In this document: positions 30,339-40,310 of the stretch, in pieces
How positions within the stretch are numbered: position 1 is the first letter of the stretch
How the letters are laid out: each line of letters begins with the position of its first letter
Source: SAR324 cluster bacterium SAR324-CTD7B
GTDB taxonomy: Bacteria; SAR324; NAC60-12
Assembly (NCBI GenBank): GCA_002082305.1
Contig: LSNO01000093.1
Location: 1,337 to 65,336 of the forward strand
DNA length: 64,000 nucleotides
Direction of reading: 5' to 3'
Notes under the pieces: model-generated
The model's database searches: none
What the model was told of the DNA's origin: nothing
What the model saw: only the letters and a program-made list of their open reading frames with translations
Position numbers and translations under genes: made by a program

Positions 30339-31083
30339 GTTCTGCCATAACGCTTTCGCTGATGTCAAAATTGGAATGGACACTGTTTACGTCATCATCT
30401 TCTTCCAATAGATCAATCAGTTTTATTACTTGTTCAGCTTTTTTATAATTGTCGATTTCTATACGGTTTTGAGGATTCCAGATAACCTCTGCACTTAGCA
30501 TGGCAACACCATTTTCTTCCAAGTATGAACGTACAGTATCAAAATCAGCAGGAGCAGTAATAATCTGATACGCGTCTGGGTTTTCAGTGTTTAAATCTTC
30601 TGCACCAGCTTCCAGAATTAATTCAGTAAGCCGGTCTTCGTCAATAACAGTGTTGTCAACCAAAATTGATCCCTGTCGGTCAAACATGTACTGAACAGAG
30701 TTAGCTGAACCCAGATTCCCATTGCATATACTGAAAGCATGTCTTACTGATGCAATGGATCTGTTCCTGTTGTCAGTCATCACTTCTACAATAATTGCAA
30801 CATTGTGTGGTCCATAGCCTTCATAAATAATTTCTTCAAAAATTACTCCGTCTAATTCTCCTGCACCTTTTTTGATAGCCCTATCAATATTGTCTTTGGG
30901 CATGCTTTGACTTTTTGCATTGGCAACTGCTGTACGTAAACGTGGATTGGCATCGAGATCGCTTCCGCCAATTCTTGCTGCTATAGTTAGTTCTTTAATT
31001 ATTTTTGTAAAAGCTTTACCACGTTTTGCATCTTGAGCTGCCTTGCGATGCTTGATTGTACTCCATTTGCTGTGTCCTGACAT
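30331..31083 (-). CDS. yebC: YebC/PmpR family protein
   Basis: MSGHSKWSTIKHRK, NPRLR, YEGYGP, TDNRNR, LEEDDDV. Confidence 0.96.
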   Translation of the reverse strand: MSGHSKWSTIKHRKAAQDAKRGKAFTKIIKELTIAARIGGSDLDANPRLRTAVANAKSQSMPKDNIDRAIKKGAGELDGVIFEEIIYEGYGPHNVAIIVEVMTDNRNRSIASVRHAFSICNGNLGSANSVQYMFDRQGSILVDNTVIDEDRLTELILEAGAEDLNTENPDAYQIITAPADFDTVRSYLEENGVAMLSAEVIWNPQNRIEIDNYKKAEQVIKLIDLLEEDDDVNSVHSNFDISESVMAELG

Positions 31084-31160
31084 ATAAATTCAGATTTAAA
31101 AGTTTGAAAAGGCTTTGATTCACAAACTACTGTAAATATAATAACGCAGACTACACTAAA

Positions 31161-32537
31161 TCAGACAATGCGTCCAATTAAATCATAAGTGTGGGATTCC
31201 GTAATTTCAACATTATTGAAAGTTCCAGGACGAGCAGTCCCATCATTGATATAAACTAACCCGTCTACATCAGGTCCTTGAAATTCACTTCGGCCTTGAA
31301 GTAGCAAGTCACTTTCTTCACTAAGGCCATCCACAAGGACTTTCAATTGTTTTCCAATCCAGCTTTTATTTCTACCACTGCTGACTTTTTGTTGTGCTTC
31401 CATCAGTTGCTTACGCCGTTCTTGCTTAAGAGAATTTGGAACAGGATCTCCCAATTTTGCCGAACGGATATTATCTTCATGGGAGTATGAAAATACTCCA
31501 ACATGCAGAAAATGTCCTGCTGAAACAAACTCAAGTAATTCCTGGAAATGATCTTCTGTTTCAGTAGGAAAGCCAACAATAAAAGTAGTACGCCAAGCCA
31601 AATCCGGAAGATGTTTCTGTATCTCCTGTATTTTATTTTCTATCTGAGCACGGTCTATTTTTCGGTTCATTGCTTTCAAGACTTCATTATTAATATGTTG
31701 AAACGGCATATCGAGATACCGGCAAAATCTTTTATCACCTGCAATCACCTCCATCACTTCATCAGTAAAGGAGTTGGGATAGCAGTAAAAAAGACGTATC
31801 CAGAAATCCCCTTCTATTTTACTGATGTTTTTTAAAAGTGTTGCCAGTCCAGTACCGTTCTTAAAATCTTTTCCGTAAGATGAAGTGTCTTGCGAAATCA
31901 GATTGATTTCCTTCACTCCTTTTTTTGTCAGATTAATGATTTCAGTTACAATAGAGTTGACTGTACGGCTACTGAAATTTCCTCTTAACGCAGGTATGTT
32001 GCAAAACGAACACATGTTGGAACAGCCCTCCGCCACTTTAAGGTATGTATAATGACGAGGTGTAGTTTGTATACGGGCCTGTTTTTCAAATTGTCTGTAG
32101 TGAGGTTTTTGCTTCAAATTAAGTTTTGTTTGTCCGGTACCCTCATACATTGAGTACACAAGTTCCGGAATCTGTTCAAATCCGTTTGAACCAAACAGTC
32201 CATCCAGTTCTGGAATCTGCTCCGCGAGACTGTCCTGGTAACGTTGAGTCAAACAACCTGTTGCGACAAGCTTTTCACAGTTGCCAGTACTTTTGAAATC
32301 ACTTAGTTCAAGAATCCTGTTGATTGACTCTTCACTTGCTTCTGTAAGAAAAGCACAGGTGTTGACAATAATTACTTCTGCAGAATCCGGAGTCTTTGTC
32401 ATCTCAAAACCCTGGTTTTGCAGACTGGCCAGCATTATTTCTGAATCAACTTGGTTTTTGGAGCAACCCAATGTTTCCAAATAAATTCGCTTCTTTTCGT
32501 GCGAAGGCGATACAGATTCTGCAACAGGACTTGTCAT
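31161..32537 (-). CDS. rimO: Ribosomal protein S12 methylthiotransferase
   Basis: LGCSKNQVDSE, NTCAF, radical SAM GCSNMCSFCNIP, C-terminal TRAM with PDVDG. Confidence 0.93.
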   Translation of the reverse strand: MTSPVAESVSPSHEKKRIYLETLGCSKNQVDSEIMLASLQNQGFEMTKTPDSAEVIIVNTCAFLTEASEESINRILELSDFKSTGNCEKLVATGCLTQRYQDSLAEQIPELDGLFGSNGFEQIPELVYSMYEGTGQTKLNLKQKPHYRQFEKQARIQTTPRHYTYLKVAEGCSNMCSFCNIPALRGNFSSRTVNSIVTEIINLTKKGVKEINLISQDTSSYGKDFKNGTGLATLLKNISKIEGDFWIRLFYCYPNSFTDEVMEVIAGDKRFCRYLDMPFQHINNEVLKAMNRKIDRAQIENKIQEIQKHLPDLAWRTTFIVGFPTETEDHFQELLEFVSAGHFLHVGVFSYSHEDNIRSAKLGDPVPNSLKQERRKQLMEAQQKVSSGRNKSWIGKQLKVLVDGLSEESDLLLQGRSEFQGPDVDGLVYINDGTARPGTFNNVEITESHTYDLIGRIV

Positions 32538-32636
32538 AGTGAACAGTTTTTTTCTAGAAGTACAAATGGTAGGAGTAAAAAAAGACTCCTGTAGAAAAAA
32601 GAAGCCTTTAAAGGAGGGATTACTTGAAGGTCAGTC

Positions 32637-33500
32637 TTAAGTTTTTGTCTCAGGATCCTTTTCTTCAGTTATAACTTTCTCGGAAGTGATCTCAGTTTCT
32701 TCCTGTACTGCTTCAGAATCTGCCTGTACCTCCTCTTTTTCAGGTTCTGTTTTAGCTTCATCCTCTGCTGAATCAGTTTCAGTTGTAACAGGTTCTTCCT
32801 TTTTTGTATCAGCTTCAAGTTGTTCTTCCGGAACAGTCTCTGTCTGAATATTCTCTTCCGGTTTTTGCTTTGCTGCCGGTTCTATTTGAACAGATTCTAC
32901 AGGTGATTCTTCTTTTGAAGTTTCATTCTCAACTTGAGATATTTCTTTCTTCGTTTCTACTTCTTCACCTTCGGCCAAAGTAGGTTCCGCTTCTATAGGT
33001 TTAACTGATTCGTCATTTTTTTCTGAAGATGAGTTCTCAGTCCGGATTTCTTCACTTACCTCCTTTAAAACAGGGCTTTCCTTTTTCTTGGCTTTTTTCT
33101 TTTTACCTGACTGAGATTTAAGTTCGCTTAATCGGTCGGTTTCACTTCCAAGCAACTGTACAATCGCCATTTCAGAGTTGTCACCAAGTCTGTTTTTACC
33201 CAATTTGATAATTCGGCAATAACCACCTTGTCGATCTTTGTAGCGCTCAGCCAATTCTTCAAAAAGCTGTGTCATTGCTTCTTTGCTTTTCACAAAACTC
33301 AATGCTTGACGGCGAGCATGCAGACTGCCCTGCTTTCCCCAGCCTATCATTTTTTCAAGAGGCTTGCGTACCTCTTTTGCCCTGGCAAGAGTGCAGGTAA
33401 TCTGGCCATATTCCAGGATAGATGTAACCATATTCCGCATCATTGCACGGCGATGTGCCGTTGTAACTCCTAAACGGTTTCCAGCTTTTAAATGTCGCAT
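32637..33500 (-). CDS. rplQ: 50S ribosomal protein L17 with long acidic C-terminal extension
   Basis: MRHLKAG..LG..AHRRAMMRN, GGYCRI..RLGD, followed by about 165 Glu/Lys/Thr-rich residues. Confidence 0.95.
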   Translation of the reverse strand: MRHLKAGNRLGVTTAHRRAMMRNMVTSILEYGQITCTLARAKEVRKPLEKMIGWGKQGSLHARRQALSFVKSKEAMTQLFEELAERYKDRQGGYCRIIKLGKNRLGDNSEMAIVQLLGSETDRLSELKSQSGKKKKAKKKESPVLKEVSEEIRTENSSSEKNDESVKPIEAEPTLAEGEEVETKKEISQVENETSKEESPVESVQIEPAAKQKPEENIQTETVPEEQLEADTKKEEPVTTETDSAEDEAKTEPEKEEVQADSEAVQEETEITSEKVITEEKDPETKT

Positions 33501-33514
33501 CGTATTATTGAGCC

Positions 33515-34648
33515 CTAATTTGTGTGTGGATTATTCATTGGATCAAAATTTTCCACTTCTGTTCCCAATGATAAGCCCATTTCTGTCAAGATTACTTTAA
33601 TTTCGTTCAGTGATTTCCGACCAAAGTTTTTTGTTTTGAGCATTGCCTGTTCACTCTTCTGGACAAGATCTCCTATGGTTTCAATCTTTGCATTTTGCAG
33701 ACAGTTGATTGAACGGACAGACAATTCCAGTTCGCTAACACTGCGATATAAGTTTTCGTTCAGTGGTTCTTCCTCAATTTCTTCTTCAGGCTCATCCTTT
33801 ATGCTGCTTTCATCAAAGTTAATAAACACATCCATGTGTTCTTTGATTATTTTTGCTGCATAGGCCAGGCAGTCGGTAGGTTTTACAGAACCATTTGTCC
33901 ATAGTTCAAAATTCAGGCGATCATAGTCTGTTTTTTGATCAACTCTTGAATTTACAACGTCATAGTTAATTCTACTGACAGGCGAGTGATTTGAGTCAAG
34001 GTAGATGGTGCCGACGGGTAAATCCTCCTGTTGATTTTCCTCTGAGGTAACATAACCTTTGTTGAAGCGGGAATACATAGTCATACTGACAGTTGCCCCA
34101 TTTTGTAAGGTAGCCAAAACAAGATCTGGATTCAATATTTCTGCTTTTTCAAAGGTTGAAATATCTCCAGCTTTTATTACGCAAGGTCCTTCTCCGATCA
34201 GTTCCAGTTCAACAACTTCATCAACAAATTGCTCAACTTGAAGTTCCTTGATATTAAGGATAACTTGAACCATGTCCTCTACGATTCCAGGGATGTTGCT
34301 GAATTCGTGGGTGACACCGTCAATTTGTACTGCAAAAACTGCTGATCCCCTGATTGAAGACAGGAGAACCCGCCTTAAAGAATGCCCAATTGTCGTTCCA
34401 AATCCAGGCTCTAATGGATCCAGTGAAAACTTCGCATAATCAGATTTTAAGTTTTCCGACTCAAACTGTAGTTTCTTCGGCTTTGCAATTGACATCCAAT
34501 TTTTAGCAAAGAACGGATTTTCGTCCGTTGATTCCTCTTCACTGTTGGAATCCGATTCTGTTCCGGTTATTGCATTATCTTCCGGAGAGACATTCTCTGC
34601 CTCCGGATCTGCTTCTTCTATAGTTTCATTTAATTCAGTCATCTGCAT
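33515..34648 (-). CDS. rpoA: RNA polymerase alpha subunit (acidic N-terminal extension)
   Basis: PLEPGFGTTIGHSLRRVLLSS, HEFS, LELSVRSINCL, KNFGRKSLNEI. Confidence 0.97.
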   Translation of the reverse strand: MQMTELNETIEEADPEAENVSPEDNAITGTESDSNSEEESTDENPFFAKNWMSIAKPKKLQFESENLKSDYAKFSLDPLEPGFGTTIGHSLRRVLLSSIRGSAVFAVQIDGVTHEFSNIPGIVEDMVQVILNIKELQVEQFVDEVVELELIGEGPCVIKAGDISTFEKAEILNPDLVLATLQNGATVSMTMYSRFNKGYVTSEENQQEDLPVGTIYLDSNHSPVSRINYDVVNSRVDQKTDYDRLNFELWTNGSVKPTDCLAYAAKIIKEHMDVFINFDESSIKDEPEEEIEEEPLNENLYRSVSELELSVRSINCLQNAKIETIGDLVQKSEQAMLKTKNFGRKSLNEIKVILTEMGLSLGTEVENFDPMNNPHTN

Positions 34649-34686
34649 CCCAGTTAAGTTTTCTGGTTTTTATTCAGTCAAAAAAG

Positions 34687-34726
34687 ACAATACTAATCGA
34701 TGAAATAATCATCCTGAGAGTATTGT
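34687..34726. other. Two-stem hairpin in the rpsK-rpoA spacer
   Basis: ACAATACT/AGTATTGT outer stem and GATGA/TCATC inner stem. Confidence 0.4.
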
Positions 34727-34747
34727 AATTAATGACGTTTAATTAAA

Positions 34748-35131
34748 TTAAATCCGCCGTTGCTTTGGTGGACGGCATCCGTTATGAGGAATCGGTGTTA
34801 TATCGTTGATTGACGTGACACGCATTCCTTCAATTGCTGAAATTGCTCGAAGTGCAGACTCCCGTCCTGAACCGGGTCCTTTGACAAAAACATCAACACT
34901 TTTCATACCACTATCAACAGCCTTTTTCAGGGCGTCGTCTGCAGCCACTCTTGCTGCAAAAGGAGTACTTTTTCTTGAACCTTTAAATCCATGTACACCT
35001 GTACTAGACCATGCGATTGTGTTGCCTTGAGTATCGGTAATTGTCACGATTGTATTATTGAATGTGGCCTTGATATAAATTCGACCCTGTTCAACTGTTC
35101 TTTTTTCTTTTTTCTTTTTTGCTTGCGCCAT
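34748..35131 (-). CDS. rpsK: 30S ribosomal protein S11
   Basis: [25 protein letters not shown]. Confidence 0.98.
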   Translation of the reverse strand: MAQAKKKKEKRTVEQGRIYIKATFNNTIVTITDTQGNTIAWSSTGVHGFKGSRKSTPFAARVAADDALKKAVDSGMKSVDVFVKGPGSGRESALRAISAIEGMRVTSINDITPIPHNGCRPPKQRRI

Positions 35132-35158
35132 AAGTTCGGCTCAATTCAACGTTTAGGT

Positions 35159-35527
35159 TTATTTATTTTTACTGACTGCCAATCTTCGGGGGCCTTTTCG
35201 CGTCCTTGCATTTGTTTTAGTCCTTTGTCCTCTGACAGGCATATGCTTGCGATGCCTTAATCCACGGTAATTACCCAAATCCATTAGACGCTTGATATTC
35301 AAGCTGACTTCTCGTCGAAGATCACCCTCAACCTGATATTCTTTTTCGATAATTGTACGAATCTTATTTACCTGGTCGTCATCAAGGTCACGAACTCGTA
35401 CATTTTTATCGATCTTTGCTTTGAGTAATATATCATTTGAAACTTTTCTGCCTACACCATAAATGTAAGTCAAACCAATTTCTACCCTTTTAGCATTTGG
35501 TAAATCAATACCGGAAATTCTTGCCAT
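35159..35527 (-). CDS. rpsM: 30S ribosomal protein S13
   Basis: [33 protein letters not shown]. Confidence 0.98.
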   Translation of the reverse strand: MARISGIDLPNAKRVEIGLTYIYGVGRKVSNDILLKAKIDKNVRVRDLDDDQVNKIRTIIEKEYQVEGDLRREVSLNIKRLMDLGNYRGLRHRKHMPVRGQRTKTNARTRKGPRRLAVSKNK

Positions 35528-35538
35528 CCAGCTCCTTG

Positions 35539-35652
35539 TTATCCCTGTCGCTGTTTATGTTTTGGATTCTCACAAATTACCCGCAAGACGCCTTTTCTTT
35601 TAATGATTCTGCACTTTTCGCAGATTTTCTTTACAGATGAACGTACTTTCAT
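35539..35652 (-). CDS. rpmJ: 50S ribosomal protein L36 (Zn-ribbon form; not in ORF track)
   Basis: Manual translation: [37 protein letters not shown]. Confidence 0.97.
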   Translation of the reverse strand: MKVRSSVKKICEKCRIIKRKGVLRVICENPKHKQRQG

Positions 35653-35670
35653 TTCTTTTTCTTCAAAGTA

Positions 35671-36999
35671 TCATAAACGCAGTGCTGCAGACATCTGTCG
35701 TCGTTTAGTCTTTTTCATGAAGCCGTCATAATTTTGGTTCAGCAGAAAAGCTTCAATTTGATTAACCAGATCGAGTCCTACTCCTACCACAATTAATAGT
35801 GCCGTCCCTCCAAAATAGAAAGGAATGTCAAAAAGATCAAAAAGGATGTATGGGAAAAGGCAAACAACAGCCAAGTAAGCTGCCCCTCCAAATGTTAATC
35901 GTGTTAGAACTAAGTTAACATATTCAGCTGTTTTTTTACCTGGTCGAATACCCGGTATGTATCCACCATGTTTCTTCATCTCTTCTGCTATCTTTACTGG
36001 GTTAAATGTAATTGCCGTGTAAAAAAACGCAAAAAAGAAGATCATAATTGCAAACAAAAAATTATACAACATCCTGCCTGGTAGCAACTGACTGCCGACT
36101 GCCTGCACCCACGGTACAGCAATGAAGCCGGTGATTGTTGCCGGGAAAGCAAGGATCGAAGATGCGAAAATTGGAGGTATAACTCCAGCAGTGTTTATTT
36201 TCAAGGGAAGATGAGAAGACTGTCCCCCGTACATACGATTCCCCTGCATTCGTTTTGCGTATTGTACTGGAATCTTTCTGTAAGCAGTCTCAGCAAAAAT
36301 GACCAGGAATACGACTACTATCATCAGAATACCGACAACTGCAAGTACTAATGGTGACAATACATTGTCCTGCACCAAACGGACTGAATTTATAATTGCG
36401 CCCGGGATACCAACCACAATTCCTGCAAAAATCAATAACGAAATTCCATTTCCAATTCCACGTTCACTAATCTGCTCGCCTACCCACATCAGAAAAGCTG
36501 TACCAGCTGTTAATGTGATTACAGTTAGTGCCCTGAAAGCCCATGGGCTTAATGTCGAAATTACGATTGGTTGTCCATTTGGTGCCGCCATACTTTCCAG
36601 TCCAACCGCAATGGCAAAACCTTGAACCACACTGAGAACAATTGTTCCGTATCTGGTATAACCTGTAATCTTTTTTCGACCGGCATCGCCCTCTTTTGAT
36701 AATCTTTCAAGGTAGGGAAATACTGCAGTCAATAACTGAATTATGATTGAGGCACTAATGTAAGGCATCACACCCAGTGCAAAAACGGTCAATCGTGCCA
36801 GTGCTCCTCCGGTAAACATATCGAAGAAGCGTAATATAGAACCTTGTTGCGCCTCAAAAAAAGCTGTCAGAGCAGCTCCGTCTATTCCGGGAGTAGGTAT
36901 ATGTGCACCAAGGCGAAAAATAAAAAGCATTGCCAGAGTGAAAAAAATACGTTGCCTCAGCTCTTCAATTCTAAAAATGTTCTGAATTATATTTAACAT
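35671..36999 (-). CDS. secY: Preprotein translocase SecY
   Basis: FALGVMPYISASII, GIGNGISLLIF, GVIPPIFASS, IPGIRPG. Confidence 0.98.
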   Translation of the reverse strand: MLNIIQNIFRIEELRQRIFFTLAMLFIFRLGAHIPTPGIDGAALTAFFEAQQGSILRFFDMFTGGALARLTVFALGVMPYISASIIIQLLTAVFPYLERLSKEGDAGRKKITGYTRYGTIVLSVVQGFAIAVGLESMAAPNGQPIVISTLSPWAFRALTVITLTAGTAFLMWVGEQISERGIGNGISLLIFAGIVVGIPGAIINSVRLVQDNVLSPLVLAVVGILMIVVVFLVIFAETAYRKIPVQYAKRMQGNRMYGGQSSHLPLKINTAGVIPPIFASSILAFPATITGFIAVPWVQAVGSQLLPGRMLYNFLFAIMIFFFAFFYTAITFNPVKIAEEMKKHGGYIPGIRPGKKTAEYVNLVLTRLTFGGAAYLAVVCLFPYILFDLFDIPFYFGGTALLIVVGVGLDLVNQIEAFLLNQNYDGFMKKTKRRQMSAALRL

Positions 37000-37009
37000 C
37001 AAAGAAGCC

Positions 37010-37456
37010 TTAGCCTATCGTAACCACTTCACCACCAGCTTTTTTTACTGCTTCTGCAGCACTTGCGCTAGTCATGTCAACTTCTATATTTAATTTTTTG
37101 CTCAGTTTGCCCTTACCTAAAAGCTTTACAGGCTTGTCTTCTTTTTTGATTAAACCTAAAGCTTTTAATTTTGTTTTATCAAGGCTGCTTCCTGTTTCGA
37201 CATCTGCATTATCTTCCAGGTTTTGTAAATTTATCAACTGAGCATACACCTTGTTAGGACTTGTAAATCCAAACTTAGGCAATCTACGGTTGAGTGGATT
37301 TTGTCCACCTTCAAATCCTCGCTTCCTTTTATAGCCGGATCGTGATTTCGCACCGTTTTGTCCGCGTCCGCAGTTTTTTCCGCTACCGCTGCCTGGGCCA
37401 CGTCCAACACGTTTACGACGTTTGTTTTTACTGGATTCAAGATCGTGGAGATACAT
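37010..37456 (-). CDS. rplO: 50S ribosomal protein L15
   Basis: RVGRG.GSG.GK, FEGGQNPL.RRLPKFGF. Confidence 0.97.
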   Translation of the reverse strand: MYLHDLESSKNKRRKRVGRGPGSGSGKNCGRGQNGAKSRSGYKRKRGFEGGQNPLNRRLPKFGFTSPNKVYAQLINLQNLEDNADVETGSSLDKTKLKALGLIKKEDKPVKLLGKGKLSKKLNIEVDMTSASAAEAVKKAGGEVVTIG

Positions 37457-37473
37457 ATATTACCGTAATTCTA

Positions 37474-37659
37474 TTAACCTGCTGTCTCAATCCTGACAAG
37501 ATGACTAACCTTTTTGATCATCCCTCGAACTGCCGGAGTGTTTTCAAGCACTGAAAAATTGTTTATTTTCCGTAATCCCAATCCACTTAGACATGCTTTT
37601 TGTTTTTTTTGTGCCCCAATCCTACTGCGAATCTGGGTTACTTTTATCTTACTGGCCAT
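37474..37659 (-). CDS. rpmD: 50S ribosomal protein L30
   Basis: KIKVTQIRS.IG, LGLRKI, TPAVRGMI.KV.HLV. ATG at 37659. Confidence 0.95.
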   Translation of the reverse strand: MASKIKVTQIRSRIGAQKKQKACLSGLGLRKINNFSVLENTPAVRGMIKKVSHLVRIETAG

Positions 37660-37661
37660 TT

Positions 37662-38162
37662 TTATTGTTTCAAATAATCGATGTCTTTGCCTCTTGCTCT
37701 GGCAATCCAATCGTTACTCCTGAGATTGTATAATCCATCAAGTGTTGAGCGTACCAGGTTGTTTGGATTTCTGGAACCAATGCACTTAACACTGATGTCC
37801 ATGATACCAGCTGCTTCCATAACAGCTCTAACAGCACCGGCTGCAATAATTCCATGTCCTTTGTCTGCAGGTTTCATTAAAACCTTTCCGGATCCAAAAC
37901 GACCTATTGCTACATGTGGTATTGATGTGCCTTCCACACATATTTTTTTCATGTTAACCGAAGCCTGTTCAACTGCTTTACGAATTGCCTCAACAACCTC
38001 GTTAGCCTTCCCGAGACCAAGACCAACCTGACCTCGCCCATCACCAACAACGATTAATGCGCTAAAGCTGAATCTACGACCGCCTTTTACCACCTTGGCA
38101 ACACGGTTTACGCGAACTACTTTTTCTATCAGCTCATTCTTTTCTCTATTTTTTTCTGCCAC
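37662..38162 (-). CDS. rpsE: 30S ribosomal protein S5
   Basis: [18 protein letters not shown]. Confidence 0.98.
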   Translation of the reverse strand: MAEKNREKNELIEKVVRVNRVAKVVKGGRRFSFSALIVVGDGRGQVGLGLGKANEVVEAIRKAVEQASVNMKKICVEGTSIPHVAIGRFGSGKVLMKPADKGHGIIAAGAVRAVMEAAGIMDISVKCIGSRNPNNLVRSTLDGLYNLRSNDWIARARGKDIDYLKQ

Positions 38163-38193
38163 TACTTCACCATTATTCCGGTTTTACCGGTTT

Positions 38194-38562
38194 TCAGAAT
38201 TTCAGGCCAGCTTCCCTAGCTCCTTCAGCTAAGGCCTGTACACGTCCATGAAAAATAAATCCACCGCGGTCGAAGACAACGGAGGAAATGGACTTTTCCA
38301 TAAGTTTATTTGCTACGTCTGCGCCAACCGCTTTAGCTGCCTCTTTGTTCCCTGTGTAGATTTTTTTCAAGGACTTCTGGATTGCTACAGTTGAAGAAGC
38401 TGCCAAAGTACTTCCTGCATTATCATCAATAGCCTGCACATAAATATGTCGTGCAGATCTGAATACCGCTAGTCTAGGACGCGTATTAGTTCCAGAAATT
38501 TTTTTTCGAATACGTCTGTGTCTAGTTTCTCTTCCTTTCAGACGTGTTGCAGCATTATTCAT
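38194..38562 (-). CDS. rplR: 50S ribosomal protein L18
   Basis: [24 protein letters not shown]. Confidence 0.98.
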   Translation of the reverse strand: MNNAATRLKGRETRHRRIRKKISGTNTRPRLAVFRSARHIYVQAIDDNAGSTLAASSTVAIQKSLKKIYTGNKEAAKAVGADVANKLMEKSISSVVFDRGGFIFHGRVQALAEGAREAGLKF

Positions 38563-38582
38563 TTCAAGCTCTTACTTGCGTA

Positions 38583-39122
38583 TTAAGTTTTGCCGCTTTT
38601 ACCGGCTTTACGTTTTATTTGAACACCTTCAAACAAAATTCCTTTTCCTTTGTATGGCTCAGGTGGTCTAAATTTTTGAATCTCTGCAGAAACCTGCCCC
38701 AAAAGCTGTTTATCGGAACTTTCAAGAAGTATCTTAGTATTTGCATTTACAGATGCTTTTATTCCTTCCGGCAACGTGTAATTTATTGAGTGTGAATAGC
38801 CCAGGTTTAATAACAAACTTTTCTGATTTACAACTGCTTTGTATCCGACACCTACCAAATTTAGCTGTTTTTCAAAACCTTCTGTGACACCGTGAATCAT
38901 ATTACTAATCAGTGCCCGGGTTGTTCCTAGCATAGGTGTCATTGGAGCACTCAGATCAGAAGGCAACACTGAAATATTTTCAGTATCAATTATTAACTCA
39001 ATCGCAGGATGTGCCCTTAGTTCCAGCTCGCCTTTAGGACCCTTCACTGAAAGCAGGCGCTCCTTAAAATTTACTTCAACTCCCTGTGTTAGTTTAATGG
39101 GTCTTTTACCAATTCTTGACAT
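38583..39122 (-). CDS. rplF: 50S ribosomal protein L6
   Basis: MSRIGKRP, RPPEPYKGKGI. Confidence 0.98.
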   Translation of the reverse strand: MSRIGKRPIKLTQGVEVNFKERLLSVKGPKGELELRAHPAIELIIDTENISVLPSDLSAPMTPMLGTTRALISNMIHGVTEGFEKQLNLVGVGYKAVVNQKSLLLNLGYSHSINYTLPEGIKASVNANTKILLESSDKQLLGQVSAEIQKFRPPEPYKGKGILFEGVQIKRKAGKSGKT

Positions 39123-39145
39123 TGTCTTTCTTGATTAAATCCAGT

Positions 39146-39541
39146 CTAACAGACCGTACAAAGTACTTCCCCACCAATATCATCGGCACGGCACTGTCGG
39201 TCACTCATTATTCCTTTTGAGGTAGAAAGGATAGAAATACCTTGCCCATTAAGTACAGGTTTACAATCCTTGCCCTTGCTGTAGAGACGAAGTCCAGGCT
39301 TGCTGATTCGGGTAATTTTACGAATAACAGGTAAATCGTCCACATACTTCAACCAAATTCGCAATTCCGGAAACTTACCTTTTTCGTCCAGTTCCCAGTT
39401 TACTATGAAACCTTCATCTTTCAGAACCTTTACTATGTTAAGTTTCATCTTGGAGGACAGCATTTCCAGACTTTCTTTTTTCCTCATGTTTGCATTGCGG
39501 ATGCGAGTTAATAAATCCGCAATAGGGTCACTCATTGACAT
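39146..39541 (-). CDS. rpsH: 30S ribosomal protein S8
   Basis: DPIADLLTRIRNA, ISKPGLR.Y, STSKGI. Confidence 0.98.
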   Translation of the reverse strand: MSMSDPIADLLTRIRNANMRKKESLEMLSSKMKLNIVKVLKDEGFIVNWELDEKGKFPELRIWLKYVDDLPVIRKITRISKPGLRLYSKGKDCKPVLNGQGISILSTSKGIMSDRQCRADDIGGEVLCTVC

Positions 39542-39573
39542 AACACAATCTTTTTCAGTATCTTATGTTGTTT

Positions 39574-39759
39574 TTACCAACTGGCTTTTGTCACGCCCGG
39601 CAGAAGGCCTGCATTAGCGTTTTTTCTAAAACAAATCCTGCACATACCGAACTTTCTCAAATATCCACGCGGACGCCCGCAATATCCACATCTGCTGTAT
39701 TGGCGGACTTTAAACTTTTGAGTACGTTCGCTTTTTGCGATCATTGATTTTTTTGCCAT
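39574..39759 (-). CDS. rpsN: 30S ribosomal protein S14 (61-aa Zn-binding type Z)
   Basis: [24 protein letters not shown]. Confidence 0.97.
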   Translation of the reverse strand: MAKKSMIAKSERTQKFKVRQYSRCGYCGRPRGYLRKFGMCRICFRKNANAGLLPGVTKASW

Positions 39760-39764
39760 TTAAC

Positions 39765-40310
39765 CTATTTTCTAAAGGGAAATCCCAAGTCCTGCATCAT
39801 TGCAAGGCCCTCTTCATCTGTAAGCGCACTGGTTACAATGGATATATTCATACCTCGGATATTATCTACATCATCAATTTCAATTTCAGGAAAAATCAGT
39901 TGTTCTTTAATTCCCATGGTATAATTTCCTGCTCCATCAAAGGCTTTTGGGGAAATACCCCTAAAGTCACGAATACGAGGCATTGCAATGTGAAGCAATT
40001 TATCTAGAAAAGTCCACATTTGTACGTTACGCAGAGTTACCATGCAACCGATAGGCATGCCTTCACGTAACTTAAATCCAGCAATTGAACGTTTTGCCTT
40101 GGTAACCACAGGCTTTTGTCCGGAAATCAAGGCTAACTGCTTGCTGGCTGCCTCGACTGCTTTGGGGTTCTGTACAGCTTCACCAAGTCCTATATTCAGG
40201 GTTACTTTATTGATAGCAGGAATTTGGTGCTTGTTCTTGTATTTAAACTTCTCCTGAAGCAACGGCACAACTTTCGAATTATAGGTCTGTAACAAGTGAC
40301 TCTCTGACAT
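39765..40310 (-). CDS. rplE: 50S ribosomal protein L5
   Basis: [27 protein letters not shown]. Confidence 0.98.
   Translation of the reverse strand: MSESHLLQTYNSKVVPLLQEKFKYKNKHQIPAINKVTLNIGLGEAVQNPKAVEAASKQLALISGQKPVVTKAKRSIAGFKLREGMPIGCMVTLRNVQMWTFLDKLLHIAMPRIRDFRGISPKAFDGAGNYTMGIKEQLIFPEIEIDDVDNIRGMNISIVTSALTDEEGLAMMQDLGFPFRK

Noticed and set aside
32571-32590. Hairpin after rplQ as the superoperon's intrinsic terminator
   Set aside because: On the minus strand the U-tract precedes rather than follows the stem.
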